64,000 bases of DNA. It comes from Lysobacterales bacterium. Lineage in GTDB: Bacteria; Pseudomonadota; Gammaproteobacteria; Xanthomonadales; Ahniellaceae. Location: contig JBBSLL010000007.1 of NCBI GenBank assembly GCA_038255255.1, positions 2,334 to 66,333 on the forward strand. Reading direction: 5' to 3'. Positions 38,508 to 47,442 of this stretch are shown here, one piece after another (position 1 is the stretch's first letter; every line of letters starts with the position of its first letter). The notes under the pieces are model-generated. The model was not told where the DNA came from, ran no database searches, and saw nothing but the letters and a program-made list of their open reading frames with translations. The position numbers and the translations under genes are program-made.

Positions 38508-39488
38508 CTAGAGGGTCGAGGACTTGTAGCCCGACAGCGCGAGCCCGAGCAGGATCTTGATTTCCTCGCGCAGCGCGGGCGGCGCGGTGATCTCGGCGTC
38601 GGGCCCGTAGCGCAGCACGTCCATGATGAGTTCGCGCGCGTTGCTGTAGGGAATACGCAGCTCGTAGCGGCCGTCGGTCAGCCGGCGCCCTTCCTGGCGC
38701 GAATGCCAGTGCTCGTCGGCCACCCAGCGCGCGGCACGCTCCGAGAAGACGATGGTGGCCCATGCCTTGGCCGGCCCCGAGAAGATGCCGTAGCCGCCGC
38801 CGAGATGCGCATCGAGTTCGGCTTCGGGCTGGTCGTTCGCGCGCTCCTCCATGATCGTGACCTCGCGTACGCGGTCCAGTGCAAAACTGCGCAGCGCATC
38901 GCGCTCATGGTCGAAGGCGTCGAGATACCAGTTGTCGCGGTAACGCGTCAGGCGCTGCGGCGAAACCACGCGCAGGGTGTCCTGGTCCGACGTGCGCGCG
39001 CGATAGCGGAAGCGCAGCTTCTGCCGCTCCAGCACGGCAGTCGCGACGTTGCGGAACGCCACTTCGTCGACGTCGCGCACGCCGCTGCCGATCACGCGGA
39101 TGCGTTCCAGGGGCCATTGCTTCTGCGTGGTCTGGTTGGCGAGCAGCTTCTCGATGCGATTGCGCAACGGCGCGAGCGATGGCGTGAGGAGCCCGGGACC
39201 GGTGCGCGTCAGCAATTGCTGCACGGCGAGCAGTGCGTGGAGCTCCTCGCTGCTGAGCCACAGGCCAGGCAGTTCGAACGTGTCGGCTTCGCCCCGCGCG
39301 TACGCGAAACCGGATTGTTCGGCATCGCTCTCGATGGGCGCGCCGAGCGCGTCGCGCAGGTAGGCGATGTCGCGATACACGGTGGCGCGCGAACAGCCGA
39401 GTTCCTCGCTCAAGCGCTGCTGCGCGATCGGATAACGCGACTGCTTGAGCAACCGGTGCAGGGTGACGATGCGTTCGAGGCGATCCAT
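38508..39488 (-). CDS. HTH plus WYL-domain transcriptional regulator (YafY-like)
   Basis: N-terminal HTH (QQRLSEELGCSRATVYRDIAYL) and a central WYL motif (RDNWYLDAFD). 326 aa, typical of the family. Confidence 0.88.
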   Translation of the reverse strand: MDRLERIVTLHRLLKQSRYPIAQQRLSEELGCSRATVYRDIAYLRDALGAPIESDAEQSGFAYARGEADTFELPGLWLSSEELHALLAVQQLLTRTGPGLLTPSLAPLRNRIEKLLANQTTQKQWPLERIRVIGSGVRDVDEVAFRNVATAVLERQKLRFRYRARTSDQDTLRVVSPQRLTRYRDNWYLDAFDHERDALRSFALDRVREVTIMEERANDQPEAELDAHLGGGYGIFSGPAKAWATIVFSERAARWVADEHWHSRQEGRRLTDGRYELRIPYSNARELIMDVLRYGPDAEITAPPALREEIKILLGLALSGYKSSTL

Positions 39489-39562
39489 GGATTTGCGCGT
39501 CGCGGGGGCCGGCGCGGACTATCGCACAACCCGTGAGACGGGACCGACCGCCAAGGAAGCGG

Positions 39563-40030
39563 TCAGAAGCGCCAGCCGACGGTGAGGAGGTTCTCGCCGC
39601 GGTTGCGGCCGCCAAAGCTGCCGTTGGAGATGTGCCGGAACGTGACCACGACCCGCGTGCCCTGCCAGCCGATGCCGTTGACGAATTGAACCGGGCCGCT
39701 CAGGGCTTCGTCGTCGCTACTCGTGTTGGTGAGGGCGATCCCGCCAGCGAAGAAGAACCCGGTGCGGTGGACGTAGCGCTTGGCAACGGACACGTAGAAC
39801 GTGTCCGGGGAGACCTCGGGAGAAACGTCATCGCGCCCAGCGATGAAGCCGCCCGTGATTTCCCAGGGATGGCGATGCTCGCTGAGCCAGGTGACGTGGG
39901 CTGTCCAGGTCGCTTCGTCGTCGAGCTCTTCGACGTATCCGGCGGACACCTCGTAGGCGGCGTGCGCAGGGGCAACAACCCCCGCGATCACGAGCCAGGC
40001 CAGCGCCAATCGGAACCAGGAAGAGCTCAT
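39563..40030 (-). CDS. Acyloxyacyl hydrolase / lipid A 3-O-deacylase PagL-like outer-membrane protein
   Basis: ATG 40030 and signal peptide ending AHA. Beta-barrel-like alternating pattern, a C-terminal HISNG (His-x-Ser) motif, and a terminal aromatic residue (WRF). Confidence 0.72.
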   Translation of the reverse strand: MSSSWFRLALAWLVIAGVVAPAHAAYEVSAGYVEELDDEATWTAHVTWLSEHRHPWEITGGFIAGRDDVSPEVSPDTFYVSVAKRYVHRTGFFFAGGIALTNTSSDDEALSGPVQFVNGIGWQGTRVVVTFRHISNGSFGGRNRGENLLTVGWRF

Positions 40031-40097
40031 CGGCGTCGGCTTTCTCGGGACAAGGCCGGCGATGCTAGCGTCTGTTCGAGGCATTGCTCAATCGCAC

Positions 40098-42917
40098 ATG
40101 GAATCCAAGGACAATGCGGCCTCGATGACCCACGTTCCCGCCACCGGTGCCGACGAGGTCAAGACCTCGACCTGCTACATGTGCGCCTGCCGTTGCGGCA
40201 TCCGCGTTCACCTGCGCGAAGGCCGCATCCGCTACATCGACGGCAATCCCGATCATCCGGTCAATCGTGGCGTGCTGTGCGCCAAGGGCAATGCCGGACT
40301 CAAGCAGCATTATTCCCCCGCGCGATTGCGCAAGCCGCTGCTGCGCGTGGGTGAGCGCGGCAGGCGTGAGTTCCGCGAAATCGAATGGGACGAAGCGTTG
40401 GCACTCGCAGCGCAGTGGCTCGGCGACATCCGCGCGCACAATCCGGACGAGCTCGCGTTCTTTACCGGGCGCGACCAGTCTCAGGCGCTCACGGGCTGGT
40501 GGGCGCAGCAGTTCGGCACCGTCAACTACGCCGCACACGGTGGTTTCTGCTCGGTCAACATGGCCGCCGGCGGGCTTTACTCGATCGGCGGCAGCTTCTG
40601 GGAATTCGGCGAACCCGACTGGGCGCACACGAAGTACCTGATGCTGTGGGGCGTGGCCGAGGACCACGACTCCAACCCGATCAAGCTCGGTCTCGGCCAG
40701 CTCAAGGCGCGTGGCGCGAAGATCGTCGCGATCAATCCGGTGCGCACCGGCTACGGCGCGATCGCCGACGAATGGGTGCCGATCCGGCCCGGCACCGATG
40801 GCCTGCTCGCGCTGGCACTGGTGCATGAGCTGCTGCGTACCGACCGCATCGACCTCGAATACCTGGTGCGCTACACCAACGCGCACTGGCTGGTGATCCG
40901 CGCCCCCGGCGATGCGGATGACGGCTTGTTCGCGCGCGATGCCGAAGGCCGCGTGCTGTGCGCACTTCGGGATGGCTCGACGGACGGAGCGCAGCGCTTC
41001 GCGCTTGCGGATGCTGCGGACATCTCGCCCGCGGTGGTGGGCGAGTACGCACTGCCGGATGGCCGCACTGCGGTTCCGGTGTTCCATCTCATTGCAGAGC
41101 GCTACCTCGACGCAGCGTGCGCGCCCGATGCGGTCGCCGAACGTTGCGGCGTTTCGGCGGAGACTATCCGGCGCCTCGCAGACGAAATCGCGGGCGTCGC
41201 TTTCGACCAGGCCATCTCGCTGCCGATCCCCTGGACCGACACCCACGGTCGCGCGCACAGCGAAATGCGCGGCCGTCCCATCGCCATGCACGGAATGCGC
41301 GGCATCAGCGCGCACAGCAACGGCTTCCAGACCTGCCGCGCGCTGCATCTGCTGCAACTGCTGCTCGGTGCGGTCGACACGCCAGGGTCGTTCCGTTTCC
41401 AGCCCCCCTATCCAAAACCGATCCCGCCACCGAACCGCCCGGGCAAGATCCGTGATGCGGCCGGGCGCCTCGATGCGATGCCACTCGGCTTCGTGCACAC
41501 ACCCGCGGACCTGCTCGTCTCGGAAGACGGGACCCCGCGGCGAATCGACCACGCATTCTCATGGGCTTACCCGTTCGCGGCGCACGGCATGCTGCATACG
41601 GTGATCCGCAATGCCTGTGCGCGCGATCCCTATCCCATCGACACGCTGTTCCTGTTCATGGCCAACATGAGCTGGAACTCGTCGATGGCCACGCAGGACA
41701 CGCAGGGCTGGCTGACCGCGCGCGACGAGGCGACCGGCGAGTACCGCATCCCTCGCATCATCTATTCCGATGCCTACGATTCGGAGATGGTGGCTTTCGC
41801 GGATCTGGTCCTGCCGGATACGACGTACCTCGAACGCTATGACGCGATCTCGCTTCTCGATCGCCCCATCTCCGACGCCGATGGCGCGAGCGATGCGATC
41901 CGGCAGCCGGTGTTCGCGCCGGATCGCGACGTGCGGGCCTTCCAGTCGGTGCTGCTCGACCTCGGCGCGCGCCTTGGCCTGCCCGGCATGGCGGACGTCG
42001 ACGGCTCGCCGGCCTACCGCGATTTCGCCGATTTCATGGTGCGCCACGAGCGCGCGCCGGGCGTGGGCCTGCTCGCCGGCTGGCGTGGCTCGGACGGCGC
42101 GTCGCAGGGCCGCGGCGCGGTCAATCCCGCGCAACTCGAGCGATACGCGGAACACGACTGCTTCTGGCACGCCGCGGTTCCTCCGGACGCGCGCTACTAC
42201 AAGATGGCGAATCGCGGCTACCTCGACTGGGCCGCAACCTTGGGATTCCTGCCTCCGGATGCGCCGGCGATCGCGCTGCAGCTCTATTCCGAGCCGCTGC
42301 AGAAATTCCGGCTCGCCGCGCTCGGCCACGGCGCCCTTCAGCCGCCGGATGCGTTGCGCGATCGAGTCGCCACCCACTTCGATCCCCTGCCGTTCTGGTA
42401 CGAGCCGTTCGAGGGCGCTGAGCTCGCGCAGGAAGCAGGCGGCGGTGACTTCCCCCTCAGTGCGATCACCCAGCGTCCGATGTTCATGTATCACTCGTGG
42501 GGCTCGCAGAACGCCTGGCTCCGCCAGATCGCGGCGCGCAATGCGCTGTACGTGCATCCACGCACCGCTGCCGCGCTCGGGATAGCCGACGGCGAAGACG
42601 CCATGCTCGAATCGCACTGGGGCCGTGTGCGCGTGCCCGTCGCGTACGTGGACAACGTCGAGCCCAACACGGTCTGGACCTGGAACGCCATCGGCAAGCG
42701 CGAGGGCGCGTGGGCGCTGGATCGCGACGCGCCCGAGTCGCGCCGGGGCTTCCTGCTGAACGCGCTGATCGCGGACGTGCTGCCGCGCACGCCGCTGGCC
42801 AATGCGGACCCGGTCACGGGGCAGGCCGCGTGGTTCGACCTGCGGGTGCGCCTGCGCCCATTGACCGCGGGGGAGCGTGAGCAGCATCCTCCCGATTGGC
42901 GCAAGATGTCGGGGTAG
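40098..42917 (+). CDS. Molybdopterin (bis-MGD) oxidoreductase catalytic subunit, no Tat signal (SoeA-like by architecture)
   Basis: N-terminal 4Fe-4S motif CYMCACRCG...LCAKG. ~940 aa. No RRxFLK leader from any candidate start (40062, 40098 or 40125). Confidence 0.9.
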   Translation: MESKDNAASMTHVPATGADEVKTSTCYMCACRCGIRVHLREGRIRYIDGNPDHPVNRGVLCAKGNAGLKQHYSPARLRKPLLRVGERGRREFREIEWDEALALAAQWLGDIRAHNPDELAFFTGRDQSQALTGWWAQQFGTVNYAAHGGFCSVNMAAGGLYSIGGSFWEFGEPDWAHTKYLMLWGVAEDHDSNPIKLGLGQLKARGAKIVAINPVRTGYGAIADEWVPIRPGTDGLLALALVHELLRTDRIDLEYLVRYTNAHWLVIRAPGDADDGLFARDAEGRVLCALRDGSTDGAQRFALADAADISPAVVGEYALPDGRTAVPVFHLIAERYLDAACAPDAVAERCGVSAETIRRLADEIAGVAFDQAISLPIPWTDTHGRAHSEMRGRPIAMHGMRGISAHSNGFQTCRALHLLQLLLGAVDTPGSFRFQPPYPKPIPPPNRPGKIRDAAGRLDAMPLGFVHTPADLLVSEDGTPRRIDHAFSWAYPFAAHGMLHTVIRNACARDPYPIDTLFLFMANMSWNSSMATQDTQGWLTARDEATGEYRIPRIIYSDAYDSEMVAFADLVLPDTTYLERYDAISLLDRPISDADGASDAIRQPVFAPDRDVRAFQSVLLDLGARLGLPGMADVDGSPAYRDFADFMVRHERAPGVGLLAGWRGSDGASQGRGAVNPAQLERYAEHDCFWHAAVPPDARYYKMANRGYLDWAATLGFLPPDAPAIALQLYSEPLQKFRLAALGHGALQPPDALRDRVATHFDPLPFWYEPFEGAELAQEAGGGDFPLSAITQRPMFMYHSWGSQNAWLRQIAARNALYVHPRTAAALGIADGEDAMLESHWGRVRVPVAYVDNVEPNTVWTWNAIGKREGAWALDRDAPESRRGFLLNALIADVLPRTPLANADPVTGQAAWFDLRVRLRPLTAGEREQHPPDWRKMSG

Positions 42918-42937
42918 CCCGGGGGGGATGTCGCGAC

Positions 42938-43567
42938 ATGCAACTGGACTGGTATTACGACTTCATCTCGCCGTTCGCCTATCTGCAGCTCGAGCGCATC
43001 CGGCGATCGCATCCCGCCCTGCCGTTCACGCCGGTGCCGTTGCTGTTCGGGGCGCTGCTCGCGCATTACCGGCAGATGGGTCCCGCGGAGATCGGCGCCA
43101 AGCGCCGCGTCACGTACGAGTCCGTGGTGTGGCGTGCGCAGCACGACGAGATCCCGCTGCGTTTTCCACCGCGCCACCCGTTCAATCCCATCCCGGCATT
43201 GCGACTGGCCATCGTGGGCGGTGGCAGACTGGACTTCGTGCAGGCGATTTTCCGGCACATCTGGCGGGACGGGCTGACGCTCGACACCGAAGAGGAAGTG
43301 GCGGTGTTCGCCACCACGCGCGGCCGGAGCAATCCGATCGAAGCGATGCGCAGCGAGCCGGTCAAGGCCGAACTCCGCAGCAACGGCTCGCGGGCGCTGG
43401 CCGCGGGCGTGTTCGGCGTGCCCTCGTTCGTGGTGAACGGCCGGGTATTCTGGGGCGACGAGTCGACGCCGATGCTGCTCGACTATCTCCACGACCCCAT
43501 TGCTTTCGATACCCCGGAGATGCTCCGGGTGGCGTCGCTTCCGATCGGGGTGGAGCGCATCCGCTAA
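42938..43567 (+). CDS. DsbA-fold 2-hydroxychromene-2-carboxylate isomerase / kappa-GST-like protein
   Basis: ATG 42938 gives MQLDWYYDFISPFAY, the typical N-terminus of the HCCA isomerase family (active-site Ser in the SPFAY context). C-terminal GVFGVPSFVVNGRVFWGDE. Confidence 0.85.
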   Translation: MQLDWYYDFISPFAYLQLERIRRSHPALPFTPVPLLFGALLAHYRQMGPAEIGAKRRVTYESVVWRAQHDEIPLRFPPRHPFNPIPALRLAIVGGGRLDFVQAIFRHIWRDGLTLDTEEEVAVFATTRGRSNPIEAMRSEPVKAELRSNGSRALAAGVFGVPSFVVNGRVFWGDESTPMLLDYLHDPIAFDTPEMLRVASLPIGVERIR

Positions 43568-43671
43568 GGTCGCTCCTGCCCTTGCAGGAGTGACGCCCGT
43601 CGCGGCCACCAGCCGGCGCCGGTCGCGGCTCGCGTCGCTCCTGCACCAAGCACGCTATCGATCGGAGCCCC

Positions 43672-44481
43672 ATGACGTCCCTGCCGCCGCCCGCCACGCG
43701 CAAACTCGGTCTGGTCATCGACCTCGACACCTGCGTCGGTTGCCATGCCTGCGCGGTCGCGTGCAAACAGTGGAACGATGGCGGCTGGGCGGGCCCGCTG
43801 CCCGATGTGGACGTCCAGGGCGCGGAACCGGATGGCGTCTGGTTCAATCGCGTGCACAGCTACAGCGTAGAGCGATCGAACGACGACCGCGAACGCAGCG
43901 GTTCCTGCAGCAGCGGGCAAGCGGGCGCGACCGCCCCGATGACCGTGCACTTCCCGCGCTCCTGCCTGCACTGCGATACGCCTGCGTGCGTGACGGTGTG
44001 TCCCACCGGGGCGAGCCACAAGCGCGCCGACGATGGCATCGTCCTGGTCGACGAGGCCAAGTGCATCGGTTGCCAGCTGTGCGCGTGGGCGTGTCCCTAC
44101 GGCGCGCGGGAAATGGGCCCGGTGCGCAACACGATGCAGAAATGCACGCTCTGCGTCGACCGCATCTACGACGAACGCCTGCCTGCGCGGGAGCGCGAGC
44201 CCGCCTGTGTACAGGCGTGCCCGACGCGCGCGCGCCACTTCGGTGACCTCGGCGATCCCGATTCGGCGGTGTCGCGACTCGTCGCCGAACGTGAGGGCTA
44301 TGCGCTCGCGCCCGAGCTCGGCTACGCGCCGGTCAATCGCTACCTTCCGCCGCGGCCCCGCCGCGATGGCGCGAAAGGCCACGTTGCGGCTGCGGAAAGC
44401 GACGCCGATGCGCGCGACGACTACGACGTCGCGAAGCTGCCTCCCATCCTGCGCTGGCTGGATCGCGCGCTCACGCGCTGA
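43672..44481 (+). CDS. 4Fe-4S dicluster (DmsB/PsrB-like) electron-transfer subunit, no Tat signal
   Basis: Four Cys clusters: CVGCHACAVAC, CLHCDTPACVTVCP, CIGCQLCAWACP and CTLCVDR...CVQACP. Confidence 0.92.
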   Translation: MTSLPPPATRKLGLVIDLDTCVGCHACAVACKQWNDGGWAGPLPDVDVQGAEPDGVWFNRVHSYSVERSNDDRERSGSCSSGQAGATAPMTVHFPRSCLHCDTPACVTVCPTGASHKRADDGIVLVDEAKCIGCQLCAWACPYGAREMGPVRNTMQKCTLCVDRIYDERLPAREREPACVQACPTRARHFGDLGDPDSAVSRLVAEREGYALAPELGYAPVNRYLPPRPRRDGAKGHVAAAESDADARDDYDVAKLPPILRWLDRALTR

Positions 44482-44514
44482 CGTCCTACCCGCCATGAAA
44501 CTACGCTAGCGGGC

Positions 44515-45477
44515 ATGCGCCCCGCCTTCTCCGTAATCTTTTTCAGCGTGCTGTCGGGCGCAGGCTATGGCCTGCTCGCCTGCGTCGCCATTGCATTGCT
44601 GATCGCCGAGCCTTCAAACCCGGCGCAGTCGCAATCGCTTGCCCTGATCCTCGGTGTTGCGATGCTGCTGGTGCTCGCCGGACTCGGTTCCTCGGTGCTG
44701 CACCTCGGTCGGCCGGCGCGCGCGTGGCGTGCATTCTCGCAATGGCGGAGTTCATGGCTTTCGCGCGAAGGCGTAAGCGCGACGCTGTCCTTCTTTCCGG
44801 CGATCGCCCTCGCTGCGCTGCTCTGGATGGACCGCTGGGGACTCGCGACGCAGACTGCAGCCGTTGCAAGTCTGTTGCTGGCAGCCGTGACGGTTTATTG
44901 CACGAGTCGGATCTATACATCGCTGCCGCCTGTTCCGGCGTGGCGCGGCCCGCTGGTCGTGCCCGTCTATTTTCTGTTCGCCGCCGCCACCGGGCTCGCA
45001 CTGTGGCTCGCACTGTCCGTTGTCCTGCTCGACGCCGCGCCGCCTCTCGCGGTCGGTTCCCTTGCGGTGCTGACGCTGGCAACGGCGGTCGCCAAATGGC
45101 GCTACTGGCGCGAAATCGATTCCATCCCGATGCCCACCCCCGGTCGCATGACTGGACTCGATCGCATCGGCGACACGCGCAGCTTCGAGGCGCCGCACAC
45201 CGAAGCCAACTACCTCACGCGGGAGATGGGCTTCCAGTTCGCCCGCAGGCACGCACGCGTCCTGCGCGCGACCGTATTCGCAGCGCTGATCGCCGTCGTT
45301 GCGATCGCGTTGCTGACGTTCGTGTGGCCGCCGCCTCGCGCCACTGGCGCATCTTCGATGCTCGCGGGCGTGCCGGCCTTCTTCGCGGTCATGCTGTCGC
45401 TGCTGGCCGCGCTCATCGAGCGCTGGCTGTTCTTCGCGCAGGCGAAGCACATGGTCATGGCGTACTACGAACGCTGA
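44515..45477 (+). CDS. DmsC/NrfD-like membrane anchor subunit
   Basis: 320 aa and ~8 hydrophobic helices. Follows the FeS subunit by 33 nt. Confidence 0.85.
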   Translation: MRPAFSVIFFSVLSGAGYGLLACVAIALLIAEPSNPAQSQSLALILGVAMLLVLAGLGSSVLHLGRPARAWRAFSQWRSSWLSREGVSATLSFFPAIALAALLWMDRWGLATQTAAVASLLLAAVTVYCTSRIYTSLPPVPAWRGPLVVPVYFLFAAATGLALWLALSVVLLDAAPPLAVGSLAVLTLATAVAKWRYWREIDSIPMPTPGRMTGLDRIGDTRSFEAPHTEANYLTREMGFQFARRHARVLRATVFAALIAVVAIALLTFVWPPPRATGASSMLAGVPAFFAVMLSLLAALIERWLFFAQAKHMVMAYYER

Positions 45478-45478
45478 C

Positions 45479-46714
45479 GTGGCCTCCGAACCCACACTCG
45501 CGGTCGTCGGCGGAGGACCCGCCGGACTCATGGCCGCGGAAGTCGCGCGCGGCGCCGGCTGCTCCGTTGACGTGTTCGACCACATGGGTTCGGTGGGACG
45601 AAAGTTCCTGCTTGCCGGCAAGGGTGGGCTCAACCTCACGCATTCGGAGCGGCACGAGCGATTCGTGCAGCGCTACGGTGCGCGGCACCGTGACGTGGCG
45701 GCCTGGCTGGCCGACTTCGACGCCCATGCCGTGCGCGCATGGGCGCGCGGGCTTGGCGTCGAAACGATGATCGGCACCTCGGGACGCGTGTTTCCAGTGG
45801 ACCTGAAGGCTGCGCCCCTGCTGCGGGGTTGGGTACGCCGCTTGCGCGAAAGCGGGGTCAGGTTCCACATGCATCACCGCTGGAATGGCTGGAATGAGGC
45901 CGGTGCGCTGCGCTTCGAAACCCCCGATGGTGTGCGCGAAGTCGCGCCGGACGCGGTGGTCTTAGCGCTCGGTGGTGGCAGCTACGCAAACGTGGGTTCC
46001 GACGGCGCCTGGCTTGCGGCATTCGCGGCGCGCGGGATCGCCACGGCTCCACTGCAACCGTCGAACTGTGGCTTCGACGTGGACTGGAGCGGGCACTTCG
46101 CCGCTCGTCACCAGGGCAGGCCCGTCAAGTCCGTAACGGCCAGGCTTGCCGGCCCACGCGACGCGGCCGCGCCGCAACGTGGCGAGTTCGTCGTCACGGC
46201 TACCGGTGTCGAGGGCAGTCTGATCTATGCCCTGTCTGCCGCGCTGCGCGACGGGATCAGCGCGCGCGGCTACGTAACTCTTGTGCTCGACCTTGCACCG
46301 GATCGCACGCTCGAAAGATTATTGGAATCGCTTTCCCAACCCCGTGGGCATCACTCGACGGCCAAACACCTCAAGCGCGCCGCGGGGATCGAAGGCGTCA
46401 AAGCCGGGCTGCTGTACGAGCATCTCGCCAGGGAGGACTTTGCCGATCCTGCGAAGGTCGCTCTCGCCATCAAGCAGCTGCCAATCCGCCTGGTCCGCAC
46501 GCGCCCCATCGACGAAGCGATCAGCACGGCGGGCGGCGTTGGGTTCGACGCGCTCGACGAGCGCCTCATGCTGCGCGCGTTGCCCGGCACCTTCTGCGCG
46601 GGCGAAATGCTTGACTGGGAAGCCCCGACGGGGGGCTACCTGCTCACGGCATCTCTCGCCAGCGGCCGCGCGGCGGCACTCGGCGCCGTCTCATGGCTCC
46701 GTGATCGGCGGTAA
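45479..46714 (+). CDS. HI0933/BaiN-like (TIGR03862-type) FAD-dependent flavoprotein
   Basis: GTG start 1 nt after the anchor-subunit stop. Dinucleotide motif VVGGGPAGLMAA and C-terminal GEMLDWEAPTGGYLL, typical of the family. Confidence 0.88.
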   Translation: MASEPTLAVVGGGPAGLMAAEVARGAGCSVDVFDHMGSVGRKFLLAGKGGLNLTHSERHERFVQRYGARHRDVAAWLADFDAHAVRAWARGLGVETMIGTSGRVFPVDLKAAPLLRGWVRRLRESGVRFHMHHRWNGWNEAGALRFETPDGVREVAPDAVVLALGGGSYANVGSDGAWLAAFAARGIATAPLQPSNCGFDVDWSGHFAARHQGRPVKSVTARLAGPRDAAAPQRGEFVVTATGVEGSLIYALSAALRDGISARGYVTLVLDLAPDRTLERLLESLSQPRGHHSTAKHLKRAAGIEGVKAGLLYEHLAREDFADPAKVALAIKQLPIRLVRTRPIDEAISTAGGVGFDALDERLMLRALPGTFCAGEMLDWEAPTGGYLLTASLASGRAAALGAVSWLRDRR

Positions 46715-46772
46715 CCGCCTCGTCATGGCTTTCGGCGCGCGCCATCCCAGAGTCGCGCGTTGGCGTACTCGA

Positions 46773-47291
46773 TCAGCCAGCGATCACGCCGCAGGCGACC
46801 CGCGCACCGCCGCCGCCGAGCGGTGCGGGATGGTCCGCGTGATTGTCGCCACCCGCGTGGATCATCAGCGAACGATTGGCAACGTCCTTGAGCTTGAGCC
46901 TCGGTGCCAGTACGGGATTGCTGGCCTTGCCGTCCGCTCCGACATGCAGTGCGGGAAGGTCGCCCAGGTGGCCGTTGCCCCACGGCTCGCCATGTCGCTT
47001 CGTAGCGCGGGGATCGAGGTGATCGCCAGCGCCCAGCGCAGGCACGGATTTTCCATCGCGCATCCCGGCAGCACACGACGGTTTCTCGTGCACGTGGAAG
47101 CCATGCAGGCCCGGCGGCAGCCCGGTCAGCGCAGGATAGAAAACCAGTCCGTGCCGGGTTTCGACGAGGCGTATCGAACCAATCGAAGTGCCCTGGCCCG
47201 TTGTGTCGGCCAGGGCCAAGGCGACAATTCTCTCGGCGCTGTGGGCGGAGGCGCTTGCCAGAAAGGCGAGGAAGACTATTGAACGAAACAT
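46773..47291 (-). CDS. sodC: Periplasmic Cu,Zn superoxide dismutase
   Basis: ATG 47291 and signal peptide. Metal-ligand contexts HGFHVHE, GDHLDP, GHLGDLP and a C-terminal ACGVI. Confidence 0.93.
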   Translation of the reverse strand: MFRSIVFLAFLASASAHSAERIVALALADTTGQGTSIGSIRLVETRHGLVFYPALTGLPPGLHGFHVHEKPSCAAGMRDGKSVPALGAGDHLDPRATKRHGEPWGNGHLGDLPALHVGADGKASNPVLAPRLKLKDVANRSLMIHAGGDNHADHPAPLGGGGARVACGVIAG

Positions 47292-47442
47292 GGATGACTC
47301 CTTTGCTGCAGGTTCGCACCGGGTGGGGTTCATAGGCCGCGCACGTGAGAGGAAAGCACTCCTCCTAGGCCGCGACCGTCGATACGCGTTCCATGCGCAG
47401 GCTCAACTTCGATGTGGACAGCGCAGGTCGGCATCGATATCG

